A DNA stretch of 64,000 nt from Octopus sinensis (Eukaryota): assembly GCF_006345805.1 (NCBI RefSeq), contig NC_043016.1, positions 31,744,001 to 31,808,000 of the forward strand, read 5' to 3'. This document shows positions 1 to 12,680 of this stretch, piece by piece (the first letter of the stretch is position 1; each line of letters opens with the position of its first letter). The translations under genes and the position numbers were made by a program. A model generated the notes under the pieces. The model saw nothing but the letters and a program-made list of their open reading frames with translations. It was not told the origin of the DNA and searched no databases.

Positions 1-519
1 GCCACCACCTATATTTCTCTCTTCCTTTACTCAACCATCCCATTTATATCCTGATCCCTGTCCCTTTTAAGTGTGCCTGGCATTTTGCCACTATCTCTAT
101 CCTGCTGTCTCCCACTCTCTCTCCCTCCTTCTCCTGCACTTCCCTCAGGTTGAGTAACCATGTATTTCCTTTGCAGCCCACCTGTTTCTGCCACCATTCT
201 CTCTCTCTCTCTCCCACTCCCATCCACCCCTGCTGGGTAATCTTGAAATTCTTCTACAGCAAGACACCTGTTTCTATCTCTCTGTCTCACTATAACCTTT
301 CATAATCTGACAAAAGATCACCTCCTCCAATGCCCCTTCCCCTCTTGAAGGTTTTTTTTTTTTTATGTCTTGCAAGTACTTGTGGTGCCACTTAATGTCT
401 TTATGTCTTGCAAGTACTTGCAGGTGCCGCTTAAAAGGATCCAGTCCACATTGTAAATTGGTTATTGTTCAGAAGGGCATTCAGCTGTAAAAACCATATT
501 ACAAATAATTGATGTTTAA

Positions 520-747
520 CCCTTTAGCATTTAAACCAGCCATATCTGGTCTAAATATTCTAAGTGTTTTATGTTCAAACCAGACAATACCAGTTTTTCA
601 CATCTGCCCTGTAATGTCAGTCTAAAAATAAACAATCACACTTTTAAAAGCTTAAAGCTACAAGATAATACATGATTATTTTTTTTTCTTCTTTTAATGT
701 GAATAAATAAGCTTTACATTTGACAGAGTAATCTGAATGCTAAAAGG
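520..747. mobile_element. piggyBac-type MITE
   Basis: TTAA at 516-519 and 748-751 flanking TIRs ccctttagcatt / aatgctaaaagg. Related copies or fragments near 27060-27340, 35780-35885, 47090-47260 and 50440-50660. Confidence 0.75.
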
Positions 748-1469
748 TTAAATAAAGTTAACAGACTTTCTGTATTTCTGAATGGATAGCATATGTACCT
801 ACCATGTTGTAAATACTTCTCTTTTTTTCTTTTTTTTAAGTCTCTTTCAAAAACAATATTTGTGGTTGTAGATAATTGAGATATTGTCTCCTGTTTTTTC
901 ATCCCTGCAGTTTGACATAATTAAAACATCTCACATTGTTAAAAGTATTAACTTTAGGTCATAAAATGACCTTCATAAATTTTTGAATTGACGTTAAGGC
1001 TATTTTAGAGAGGATGGGGTTCTACCAGTTCATTTGCATTCATAAAAGACAATATGAATATCAGAAATTAAAAAACACTTTTGTAATTTAAGGCTTATTG
1101 TTTCTTTTATAATACCAATTTTTTTCCACACCTATCAGTCTCAATAGAGGTAAGCAAATGATTCTTTCTCTTTATCACTAAGGCTGTTATATTACTTTAT
1201 TAAAATTTGGTGGGCTTATTGCATTAAGTATGTAAGCACTAATCTAACTATTTGAATAGTTCTGGGTTATTTGTTTAAGTAAAGCTTAAAACCTTTGTGT
1301 TATCATTTGTGTTTGTGGTTATTGGTGCTGAGTAAACAGCACTTTCATACCTAGCCATAGCAAAAGTTTAAGTACAGATCATGAACATATAGTTCAGTCT
1401 TAGGCAAAGATAGGAGAAACTTTTTAGTTCGGGAGCAAAACGTGTTATATATTTCTCAGTGTACATAAG

Positions 1470-1660
1470 CTGCAGAATTGTTAGCACACCTGACAAAATG
1501 CTTTTTGTTTGTCTTTACATCCTGAGTTCAAATTCCACCAAGGTCAACTTGGTCTTTTATCCTTTCAGGGTCAATAAAATAAATAACATTTGAGCACCGA
1601 GATCGATGTAATTGACTTACCCACTCCCTCAAAATTGCTGGCCTTGTGCCAAAATTTGAA
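1470..1660 (+). mobile_element. tRNA-derived SINE with Deu/Nin-like central domain (family D), decayed
   Basis: B box gagttcaaattcc, then aaggtcaacttggtcttttatcctttcagggtcaataaaataaa. Confidence 0.7.
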
Positions 1661-2224
1661 ACCAATATTTCACAGTATACATCATCTATATTAAGAAAAA
1701 TGATGAATCTTTAAGTTTCTTCAAATTCACAATTGTGTAACTTTTAATTAAATTACTATTTTGGTCTTAAGACTTAACATTTTTTTTTTCATATCAGTAG
1801 ATCGTTTCAAATTTGAATGGGAAGGGCTTTTCATTCTTTGGTTTTGAATCATATTTCAGATTCCAGCATAGTTATTGATTTTTCTAGAGTTTCAGTGTCT
1901 CTGCGGCCAGGACTGTCACTCACATGTAGATCTCTATAGTAACAGCAAACATTGCTCCATCAACAAAACTAAGACAAGGCTTCCTAGGCATACATTCATA
2001 TTCTTGTGAGATAACAGACCTCTCCAGTAGTTCAACATAGCTGCAGGACATGCTGTGTATGCTGTATGAGGAGAATTGGTTGCATAGCAACTAGAGCATG
2101 TTGAATTTGTAGCTCAGTCTGTTTACAGTTCATTAAATGTTCTACTAATGGCATCATTTGTAGGAAGTTTAGTGGAATCAGAGAATAAATGGTAACTGTA
2201 TCTAGAACAATGGTTATTTATAAG

Positions 2225-2640
2225 GCAACGAGCTGGCAGAAACATTAGCACACCAGGCGAAATGCTTAACGGTATTTCATCTACCGCTACGTTCTGAGTT
2301 CAAATTCTGCCGAGGTTGACTTTGCCTTTCATCCTTTTAGGGTCGATTAAATAAGTACCAGTTACGCACTAGGGTTGATATAATCGACTTAATCCGTTTA
2401 TCTGTCCTTGTTTGTCCTCTCTGTGTGTAGCCCCTTGTGGGTAGTAAAGAAATAGGTATTTCGTCTGTCTTTACGTTCTGAGTTCAAATTCTGCTGAGGT
2501 TGACTTTGCCTTTCATCATTTCGGGGTCAATAAATTAAGTACCAGTTGTACACTGGGATCAATGTAATCAACTTAATCCCTTTGTCTGTCCTTGTTTGTC
2601 CCCTCTATGTTTAGCCCCTTGTGGGCAATAAAGAAATTAG
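2225..2640 (+). mobile_element. Family D SINE, full copy followed by a tandem 5'-truncated copy
   Basis: gagctggcagaaacattagc head, B box gagttcaaattc, gcctttcatcc...ggggtcga..aagtaccag core, tail gtaaagaaat. A second unit restarts at about 2455. Confidence 0.85.
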
Positions 2641-3431
2641 AACAATGGTTATTTAGTATTATTATTTAAAAATAATTGCCATCAATATTTTTCTAGTTGT
2701 CCTTTGCAAAGAGACTGACACATCAGAAAGATTGTTTGCTTGAAGATAACTTTGATCTGATTTTGGAGTGGATTAATGAAGAGAAATGCTATGTAGTTAT
2801 TTTAACATATTGTACCCAATTTGTCTTGGTGTATTTGAAGCTAATCAGGGTGCAGCCAATTCATCAATAAAACCATAAGCAGAATTGGTATTTGACTATA
2901 TTAAGTTAATTTTTTATCTCTTTTAAGTCTGCTATACACTTAGTCTGCTTGCATTTAAAAGTTCACTTATTACAAATTCAGAAGAGAATTTATATGGTTT
3001 TTTTTTTTTTTTGGCTTTCAAAATGTGAGAGTGAGAATGATCAAGAGCACAATAAATAGAGTGACTTCTAATTTTAACAAATCTTAAATATATCAACATA
3101 GCTTGTGTCTTGTTCTAAATTTAATTTCTCATGAGAATTTATGTAAATATTTAAAATTTATTTAAATAACTAAAGCTATTTTGTCCAACCCATGCTAGCA
3201 TGGAAAACGGACGCTAAACGATGATGATGATGATGATCTCTTTGCAATCACATAAATTATCATTCAAAAAACACTTAAGTATAAAGAGGTATTAACATTT
3301 TTCCGTAAGATTCCAATAGCTTGGTGAACCTGTAATTCAATACAAAACATTCTGTTTATTGTTATTTTTGGAGATGGTCATATTTTTGCCAATTAACCAC
3401 ACAAACTGTAAACTTGGTCTTCGCTGCAGCT

Positions 3432-3492
<61 letters not shown>

Positions 3493-3528
3493 CATTATTA
3501 TTATTATTATTATGAGTATTATTATTAT

Positions 3529-3811
3529 TGAGTGAGAGAGCAGTGCATGCCATCAAAGTGAATTCCTTTCAACACATGGCTATGATGCTCCCCCACTACT
3601 GCTCGTGATCAGAGACGAACATATCGTCAGCCACTAAGGGACATGCTCAACTGGTTACAGTCAAACAACTGACAAGCAAATCTGTGGTATTGAGCAGAAT
3701 ATTTGCTGTAGCCCATCTTTTATACCAAGACAAAACAATGTACATGATAACACTTCCAATCAGTTAAGATCAGAAGCCACAAGAGCCACTGCCTGGTACT
3801 GCATCGGGGCA
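3529..3811 (-). mobile_element. (TAA)n-embedded non-autonomous retroelement, internally deleted copy
   Basis: The minus strand ends ...gcatgcactgctctctcactca followed by (AAT)n. Flanked by (ATT)n on both sides. Homologous to 3912-4262 and 24530-24952. Confidence 0.75.
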
Positions 3812-3856
3812 TTATTATTATTATTATCATCATCATCATCATCATCATCATCATCG

Positions 3857-3893
<37 letters not shown>

Positions 3894-3911
3894 TATTATT
3901 ATTATTATTAT

Positions 3912-4370
<459 letters not shown>

Positions 4371-4715
4371 CATTTTAGTGTCCTTTGTCTGAAATCTTTT
4401 ATCACAACCTGCGACCACTTCAATGACTCATGTGTTTCCTCCTGTTCTGTCAAGTCTACATGGGATGGAGAGTCATTGAAGAGGTCATAGATGTGTGGCA
4501 AATGATTTCAGATGCTAAAATAAAAATAATAATAAAACTGAAGTGAGGACCAAGTATATAGAACATATGTTTAATTGGCAAAAATATGACCAAGCCCAAA
4601 TTTTACAATATCTATTTCAACAAACGATTTCATGTCAGGAGTCTTGCAAAACAAATGCATAAATGCTTAATTTAATACTCCTTCAGTTATTCTTGTATAA
4701 GAGAAGTATTTGATC

Positions 4716-5088
4716 TCATCACTCTCTTTACTTGTTTCAGTCATTTGACTGCAGCCATACTGGAGCATCACCTTTAGTCGAGCAAATCGACCCCATGACT
4801 TATTCGTTGTAAATTTAGTACTTATTCTATCGGTCTCTTTTGCTAAACCGCTACGTGAGGGGGGACATCGGTTGTCAAGCAATGCTAGTTGGGGGACAAA
4901 CACAGACACACAAACATACACACACACATGTATATATATATATAACGGGTTTCTTTCAGTTTCCTTCAATCAAATACACTAAGGCTATAGTAGAAGACAC
5001 TTGCCCAAGATGCCATGCAGTGGGACTGAACCCGGACCCATGTGGTTGGTAAGCAAACAACTTACCACAGAGCCACTCCTGCGCCTAT
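4716..5088 (-). mobile_element. tRNA-derived CORE-like SINE with internal (TA/TG)n (family A)
   Basis: Reverse complement of the gtggctgtgtggtaag...gggttcagtccc head, ccttgggcaagtgtcttc core and gactgaaacaagtaaaag tail. Confidence 0.85.
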
Positions 5089-5309
5089 TACTGTAGATTT
5101 ATATATTACATTTTAAATTATTTGGCACATTATCATTAAGCTTTTCTTTCCATATTCTTACTAATTATGTTACTCAGTCTTTGAGCTTAACATGTTCAGG
5201 AATTCCTTTGTTTTTGCAGAGTTCAACACTTTACCAATTATTGTAAATATCTCTAAATTTCAATTTCTACAATCAAAATCACTCTGGTTTTTACTTCCAT
5301 CATTAACAT

Positions 5310-5500
5310 GCTGACCAAAATGCCTAGCAGCATTTTGTCCATCTTTACATTGTGAGTTCAAATTCCATTGAGATCAACTTTGCTTTTCATCCTTTCAGGG
5401 TTCATAAAATAAGAACCAGTCAAGCTCTAGTGTCAATGTGATCGAATTGTCCCCTTCTCTGAAATTGCTGGCCTTGTGTGTCTAAATTTCAAACCATTTT
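5310..5500 (+). mobile_element. Family D SINE, decayed
   Basis: gagttcaaattcc B box; ttgcttttcatcctttcaggg core. Confidence 0.65.
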
Positions 5501-6159
5501 TGCTTCCGTTATTGTTATATATAAGTTGAAGGCTGACAGCCACCATTTGCTGTAAAAACACACACATAGACTTGTACCACAAATAAGTTATGTTTGCTAA
5601 ATTGTCATTATGGGAAACAATAACACAAAGCAGGAATCTTTAGAAGAACAGAATTTGTTGAAGTAGTCTTGCATGATATTGGGAATGAATTTGAAGTTTC
5701 AGATACAGAAGGAATGTCTAGAAGAATAGAGGCTATTTTAGTGCCATTTACATGATTTTGGAGATGGGTTTGAAGTTACAGTGTACATCAGTGTTGAAAC
5801 TAAAGAAATCCTGTCTGATATAAGATTTCTTTGATTCAAAAATCCATCTCTTACTAACTCAAAATTATTCCAGAGTTAACTGGTTATATACATATAGCAT
5901 ATTTTTTTAAATTTTATTATTTAACCTTTAATAAAGGTTAATGTAAATAGCTAAGTTATGAAAATGCTAGACTGGATGCTTAGCAAAGTTTAATTTACAG
6001 TGCCATTGTTTTGAATTTAAATTCTGCTAAGATTGGTTTATCACAAGTACAATTCCACAAGCAGAAACAGGACCTAAGGTCATGAGTCCTGAAAGTAAAT
6101 CTAGCAAAGAGAAAAGTTTTAGTTTGTAAGAAATATCATTTGAGAAATTGCCATGTTTG

Positions 6160-6730
6160 GCACACAAAGTGATGACAATGGTAAGAGGATGATAATGACA
6201 AGGATCACAACAGTGATGACAACAACAAGAATGACAAGAACGACAGAGGCTGCAGTGGTGGTGGTGGTGGTGGTGGTGGCAGTAGTGATAGTGGTGTTGG
6301 TGTTGGTGGTGGTGTGGTGGCAGTGGTGTCAACAGTGGTGGTAGTGGTGGTAGTGAGAGTGATGGTTGTGGCAGCAGCAGCAGCAGTGGTAGTAGCGACA
6401 GTGTCAGTAGTAGCGGCGGCAGCAGCAGCGGCAGTGGTGGCAACAAGTAGTGGCGTTAGCAGCAGCACCACCACCACCAGTTGCAATGGTGGTGGTAGGA
6501 GCAGTTGTGATGGTGGTGGTGAGAGTAGTGGTAATAGGAACAGCAGTGGCAGAGGAGGTGCCAGTGGCAGCAGCAGTGGGGACAGTAGCGGCAATGTTGG
6601 TAGTGGCTGCAGCAGTGGTGGTGGTAATTCTGGAGGTAACTGTGGCAGCAGTTTTGGTGATAGAAATGGTAGTGGTAACAGAAGTACTGATGATGATGGT
6701 GATGATGACGGTGATGATGGTGACAACTAT
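6160..6730. repeat. Compound trinucleotide low-complexity tract (GGT/GCA/GAT/GTA)
   Basis: Mosaic of triplet runs that generates the spurious poly-V/A/G/T ORFs in the track. Confidence 0.9.
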
Positions 6731-6932
6731 TCTTTTACTTGTTTCAGTCATTTGAGTGCAGCCATGCTGGAGCACCGCCTTTAGTCGAACAGATCGACCC
6801 TAGGACCTATTCTTTGTAAGCCTAGTACTTATTCTATCAGTCTCTTTTGCCAAACCGCTAAGTTACAGGGACAATGAACACACCAACAACGGTTGTCCAG
6901 CGATGGTTGGGGGACAAACACAGACCCACACA

Positions 6933-6964
<32 letters not shown>

Positions 6965-7112
6965 GACAGGCTTTCAGTTTCTGTCTACCAAATCCACTCA
7001 CAAGGCTTTGGTCCACCCGAGGCTATAGCAGAAGACACTTGCCCAAGGTGCCACATAGTGGGACTGAACCCAGAACCATGTGGTTGGTAAGCAAGCTACT
7101 TACCCCACAGCC
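6729..7112 (-). mobile_element. Family A SINE
   Basis: Full-length reverse-complement copy with head, core, (TA)n and tail. Confidence 0.88.
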
Positions 7113-7924
7113 ACACCAACTGTGATGACGATGGTGACGGTGATGATGGTGACAACGACAACGACGATGACGACGACAATGATGATGATGATAATGAGGA
7201 CGATGATTTTCAATGTGTAACTATTCCCCCCCAGCTACACATGAACAAAGGAATGTTCTTTACTGTGAGGTGAAGTGAGGTAATGGAAGCCCCCATGACA
7301 TGAAGCAGATATAAATTCTTAAAAGTAACGAGACTTTGTAGTGAATACTTTATAAACTCAACCAATTCCTTTTATAATGCGCATAATATGATCTCCATAC
7401 ATTTAGTTTATAAATATCATTAATTCATTAATTATTCAGGCCTATGACTTGAGACAGTTGTGAAAAATGAATACCATAATGAATATGGTATGAAATCTGT
7501 TGAAATTGTTTACTCAAGAGAGAAATAGGTACATCAATAATCCTTTTAGATGTACAAAACCAGGGAAATAATAAGAGCTGGCTAATGGAATGGCATGGGG
7601 AGTGAGTGGGAAGATTTGTGCATTTGAAGTGTGGAAGTTGTATGTAATGTCTATAAATGTAATGTGTAAAGTGAAATGTATGCTTTATACGATTTAGTTG
7701 TTTGAAAAGAAAAATGAATACAAAATGTTTGCTTTCCAACAATATGGCACTTTGTGCAGGAGTTTTCTGTAGCCTCTGTCTGAAAAAATTCTTGTGCATA
7801 AGTGCAGGAATGAAATTTGCTCAATGGGTGAAAACTTGGGTTAAAAGGTTTTTACAAATATGTTCAATTTTTTTCTCAGTCTTAATATCAAAACAAACAC
7901 AAGAATTACAATAATAATAATGAT

Positions 7925-8070
7925 TTCAGCTTTTGGCACAAGCCCAACAAGTTCGGGGGAGTGGGTAAGTCAATTACATTGACCCCAATGCTCCATGGGT
8001 ACTCATTTTATCAACCCAGAAAGGATGAAATACAAAGTCAACCTTGTTGGAATTTGAACTTAAAACATAA
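7925..8070 (-). mobile_element. Family D SINE fragment
   Basis: aaggatgaaatacaaagtcaacc...ggaatttgaact is the reverse complement of the D core and B box. Confidence 0.7.
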
Positions 8071-8073
8071 AGA

Positions 8074-8240
8074 GAGGTGCAGAAGTGGCTGTGTGGTAAG
8101 TAGCTAGCTTACCAGCCACATGGTTCCGGGTTCAGTCCCACTTTGTGGTACCTTGGGCAATTGTCTTCTACTATAGCCTCGGGCAGACCAAAACCTTGTG
8201 AGTGGATTTGGTAGATAGAAACTGAAAGAAGCCCATCGTA

Positions 8241-8281
<41 letters not shown>

Positions 8282-8504
8282 GTGTGTATATGTTTGTGTG
8301 TCTGTGTTTGCCCCCTCCCCCATTTCGCTTGACAACCGATGCTGGTGTGTTTACATCCCCGAAACTTACCAGTTAGGCAAAAAGAGACCAATAGAATAAG
8401 TAATAGGCTTACAAAGAATAAGTCCTGGGGTCGATTTGCTCAACTAAAGGCGGTGCTTCAGCATGGCCCCAGGCAAATGACTGAAACAAGTAAAAGTGTA
8501 AAAG
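8074..8504 (+). mobile_element. Family A SINE
   Basis: A box tggctgtgtgg, B box ggttcagtccc, core ccttgggcaa, (TA)n/(TG)n, tail gactgaaacaagtaaaag. Confidence 0.9.
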
Positions 8505-8645
8505 AGAGGCAAAATGCTTAGTGGCATTTTACCTGGCATGCTAATGATTCTGTCAGCTTGCTGCTTTATGCCAGTTCAGTAATAATAATGGTCCCCAGTT
8601 GACGAAAATTTGCCCATCCCTGTCCTAGATGTATCAACTGCTTAA

Positions 8646-8868
8646 CCCTTTTGATACCAACCTGGCTGAAACCGACTCTGGCTCTGTAGTACAAACGTCT
8701 TGTTTTCATAAGTTTTGAATTAAAATCTTTCACCAAACCTTAGTCACAATTTTATGTTCATAACACTAGCTTAATGATAACTAAGTTATTATACTAAATT
8801 CTTTGTTATATTTAAAATTAATTGAAAGAAACACAGAGCATCTCAGCAGAAATATGGTAACAAAAAGG
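8646..8868. mobile_element. piggyBac-type MITE (second family)
   Basis: TTAA at 8642-8645 and 8869-8872; TIRs cccttttgatacc / ggtaacaaaaagg. Confidence 0.7.
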
Positions 8869-9292
8869 TTAATTGTCACATTTCTGTATTGTTGTTTGCC
8901 TGTATTATCCCCCAACCCTTTGAAAGTTCTATGGCTATGTATAATACTTGCTGTTACGATTTTTTTTAGAACCAACTTAGTGAAACTTCAGATTATTGAA
9001 TGAAAAGAGATAAATACATACACAAATAAAAATACAAATAAAAATTATAGAAATAAAAAATTATATATAATATTACATTCATGATTTTTTATGTTGTATC
9101 TTGGAGAGGTCATTACTCCAATAACAAACACATGCACTGGTTTCATTTCACTTCTTTTATTCTCGTTATGATCCTCCCAACATATAACAAAATCTATTTC
9201 AACAAACAATTTCTCATAAGGAACCTTGCAAATGAAATACAAGTACAAAATATATTCCTCATAATTCTTTGCATTTACCTTATATTTTCCAG

Positions 9293-9358
9293 ACTGCAGA
9301 AACCTTAGAAGTTCTAAATGAATCTGGAGAATTAAGAGAGATTTTGAAAAGCTTTGAG
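9293..9358 (+). CDS. GRXCR1: Penultimate coding exon of a glutaredoxin-domain cysteine-rich (GRXCR1/2-like) gene
   Basis: Acceptor ttttccag (AG 9291-9292), donor GAG|gtaagt (GT 9359-9360), 66 nt, phase 0/0. Peptide TAETLEVLNESGELREILKSFE matches the GRXCR 'ILSMNESGELQDLL' segment. The symbol is a family-level call; orthology to GRXCR1 vs GRXCR2 is unresolved. Confidence 0.88.
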
Positions 9359-9504
9359 GTAAGTTGGCATAATAATCATAAGAGTATGGTAATTCAGACA
9401 TGGAAAATTCCAGAACTTCATTTACAGCAGCAGTCAGAGATAAGTTTACATGAATGTGTTTGTGAAAATGTTATGCTGGTATCTATGTAAACATATTTGA
9501 AAAT

Positions 9505-9900
9505 AGGTGGCTGGTAGTAAGAAGTCTGCTTTCCAGCAACATGGTACCATGGATAAATGTCTTCTATGATAGCCTTGGGCCAACTGAAGCCTTATGAATG
9601 AATTTGGTAGATGAAAACTGAAAGAAGCCTGTCATAAACCTTTCATATATATCATCATCATCATCATTTAACATCCACCTTCCATGCTAGCATGGGTGGG
9701 ATCTATAAGTGTGTGTTCTGGTTTCTGTGTTTTTTTCCCCACCATTACTTGACAACTGGTGTTGGTTTGTTTATATTCCCGATATCTAGCAGTTCAGCAA
9801 AAAAAATAAAAATAAAAAGCTGATAGAATAAGTATCAGGCTTTAAAATAAAAGTGCCCCAGTATGACCACAATCTAATGACTGAAACAAGTAAAAGGTAT
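9505..9900 (+). mobile_element. Family A SINE, decayed
   Basis: ccttgggccaactgaagcc, gaaaactgaaagaagcc and gactgaaacaagtaaaag segments are recognisable. Confidence 0.7.
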
Positions 9901-9980
9901 TAGATAAGATATATGTGTGTGTATGTGTGTGCGAATATATGTATATTCATGTGCCTGTGAGTATGTGTGTGAATATATAT

Positions 9981-10221
9981 TGTTTTCTGTCCTCGTGTTG
10001 TATACATTCGAAGCTTTCTTCCAAGGGATCTAATGCGCTTGGCTTAGATTTTCCTTTGGGGGCTGCCCAGATCGGAGCAATCTCAAGATTAATCAGCCGA
10101 AATTGCGAAGATGATCTGGTTCTTGACTGATGACTGAGGGCTTCGAATGTCCCGTCCTGTGGTTCTTGTGTCGTCTCTTTGGTGTTTCATGTTCTTGTCC
10201 ATGTCTGTATTTATTTTTTAC

Positions 10222-10230
<9 letters not shown>
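9981..10230 (+). other. Structured non-coding element in (TA)n carrying hammerhead-like core motifs
   Basis: 11-bp inverted repeat acattcgaagc (10004-10014) / gcttcgaatgt (10140-10150). Contains CTGATGA (10127-10133), GAAA (10099-10102) and ATC (10080-10082) with complementary P1 and P3 arms. See findings. Confidence 0.45.
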
Positions 10231-10265
<35 letters not shown>

Positions 10266-10510
10266 CAGGGTTGACCAAAAGTCATCTGACAATAAATCGA
10301 AAGCCATTCAATTCCATGATTAAAACAAAAAATTATTTTATTTGAGACTTCGCTAATAAGCAGACAAATGGTGAAAAAGAACAGTGATTTTTAATTCACA
10401 GTATTCAATTATTAAACACTCATAACTAGAATGAATAAATAAAATTGAATATTATGTATTTATGGAACTTTGATTTACTGTCAGGTGACTTTTGGCCAAC
10501 CCTGTATATA

Positions 10511-10589
<79 letters not shown>

Positions 10590-10610
10590 TGTGTGTATAT
10601 ATATATATAT

Positions 10611-11815
10611 TGTTACGGTTTAGCTGGTGCATTTCCCGGTGACCCACATTGGAATTATGGTTCCGGCATGTCTAGTAGAAAAGTGACAGTCTTTTGTTTA
10701 ATGGAGGACTAATGGGTTTTGGAATGACCTGTGACCATGTGCGGGTGAATTAGGGGTCGCTCTGGACACCCCTTGAATATGTCGTGAGAGAGGATGAGGG
10801 GGCAGAGAGGGACAGGCAGAGAGTATGGTAGAGCTGTCAAGAGAGGGTAATAGGCAGCAGGCGATAGAGATAGGCAGTAAGATCAGAGAGCAGATAGAAA
10901 GGCTATAAGCAGTAAGGGACAGATTGAGAATAGAGATAGAGTATAAGGCTAAGAGAGCAGTTAGAAAGGGTATGAGCGATATAGACAGAGGGAGATGAGG
11001 TAGTGGAAGTCAGGACGAGGAGGTGAGGTTTTGGGCAGTTCGCAGTTGGTCGTCAGGAAGGACGGATCTGGGTAGTTGGTAGCTGGTCGTCAAGAAGGGC
11101 AGTCGTTGAGCGGTCGTCGAGGAACACAGACGGATCTTGGAGTCACTGGCCGGTCCTCGAAGAAGACAGACGGACCTTGGATTTAAGGAGCAAGCGTTGG
11201 AATTCTTAGGAGCAAGTTGGATGCGAGAAAGCTTGGCGGCACAGAAGGGAATTAGCAGTATTCAGAGGAATTAGCAGTATTCAGAGGAATGGGACACTGG
11301 CAGATTCAATTAGGAATTGAGGTATGTGTTTGTGCATTGATATGTGTCACGGTGTATTGAACAGTGAAAAGAACAGTCAAGGACTCTGTCGATGTGGTCG
11401 ATAAAGGACATTGTGAAGAAGAAGAGTAAAGGACTTGTTGATTGTGATGTTTAGGAAGAGACTTTAAAGAACTGTTGTCTTGGGACGTGTACTCTTGAAT
11501 TGTTACATGATGTTGTATTATGCTTTGAGTTGTACTCTTGAAATGCTGTTGTATTATGTATTGAGTAGTCACGTGCATGCTTTGATGTATCTTGATGTTG
11601 TAACAATTGTAATTGTCGTATAAACTGTTGTTTGAATATAAGCCAGTGTTGCCAGTTGTTGCCTTGCCTCTTTGGGTTGTATCTCGGGTTGTGCCTCTGT
11701 ATCTCTGTGTGCTGGGGTTGTGGTAGTTGTTGTATCTCTCTCCTCTCTCCGCCTCTTTGGGTTCCGTGGCGAGATTGTGCCGTTCGGGCGAGCGACGACG
11801 GGGGATTCCGTAACA
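10611..11815 (+). mobile_element. Solo LTR (Gypsy-like) inserted in (TA)n
   Basis: Ends TGTTACGG...CCGTAACA (5'-TG...CA-3' inverted termini), 1205 bp, ATAT on both sides. No PBS or internal domain follows. Higher GC and CpG than the flanks; internal 19-bp tandem duplication at 11248-11285. Orientation is tentative. Confidence 0.75.
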
Positions 11816-11860
11816 ATATATATATATATACACATACATACATATATAAATACACACACA

Positions 11861-11926
<66 letters not shown>

Positions 11927-12369
11927 CACACACACATATATATACGTTGTGTGTGTGTATATGTATGTGTGTGTGTGTGTGTTACCCACCACCACAAGTA
12001 CCAGGTTTAAAAAGCTCATGTACTGGGGTTGATTTGCTTGACTAAAACCCTCCAAAGTAGTGCCCCTGCATAGCCACGGTCCTAAAACTGAAACAAGTCG
12101 AAGAGAAAAGACATATGCCTGAAATGTAACTGCTGCAGTTTGGAAAAAATTATTCAAACGAGTGAGACAACTTTTTTTTTATCTTTTTAAGCATATAATG
12201 TGGTCTGATGAATTTTCTCTCACATTTCTTGTTAGCAGCTGACATTAGGAAGTGGATGCAGCCTTGAAAATCTTAAAGTCATGATGTCAGCTGTTGACAC
12301 AAATGATGACAGAGAACTTATCAAACCACATCATTGTCGTCGTTGTCATCATCATCATCATCATCATCA

Positions 12370-12680
12370 TCGTCATCATTTAATGTCCATTTTCGATGTC
12401 GGCATGGGCTGGATAGTTTGACTGAAACCGGTAAGCTGGGAAGCTGCGCCAAGTTCCAATCTGATTTAGCATGGTTTCTACAGCTGGATGCCCTTCTTAA
12501 TGCCAACCACTCCTAGGGTGTAGTGGGTGCTTTTTATATGCCAATTACATGGCACCAGCATGACTATCTTCCCAAGCACAGAATATTGCCAAAGGCCTCA
12601 GTCACTTGTCACTGCCTCCATGAGGTCCAACATTTGAACAGTGCTTTTTTGTGTGCCACTGGCATGGTTCATAATTACAC
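12370..12680 (-). mobile_element. RTE-tailed SINE / RTE 3' UTR fragment (family C)
   Basis: (CAT)n, then tttaatgtcc...gcatgggctgg and ctacagctggatgcccttcttaatgccaaccac. Confidence 0.75.

Noticed and set aside
5205-5310. Acceptor ttttgcag followed by TLPIIVN as a possible upstream GRXCR exon
   Set aside because: No suitable donor, and no match to the expected LP.VFIDG..LG segment.
5630-5760. Acidic peptide resembling a piggyBac transposase N-terminus
   Set aside because: Short, stop-bounded and compositionally generic; no catalytic motifs nearby.
6027-6784. Many overlapping 100-170 aa ORFs on both strands (also 13413-13992 and 14970-15401)
   Set aside because: Stop-free triplet mosaics open in most frames; low complexity, not coding evidence.
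7440-7914. Cys-containing ORFs suggesting a transposase zinc finger
   Set aside because: I could not align any frame to a piggyBac cysteine-rich or SWIM consensus.
10021-10050. Apparent H-type pseudoknot ccaag/cttgg with atctaa/ttagat
   Set aside because: The 1-nt third loop is too short for both helices to coexist; they are alternative pairings only.
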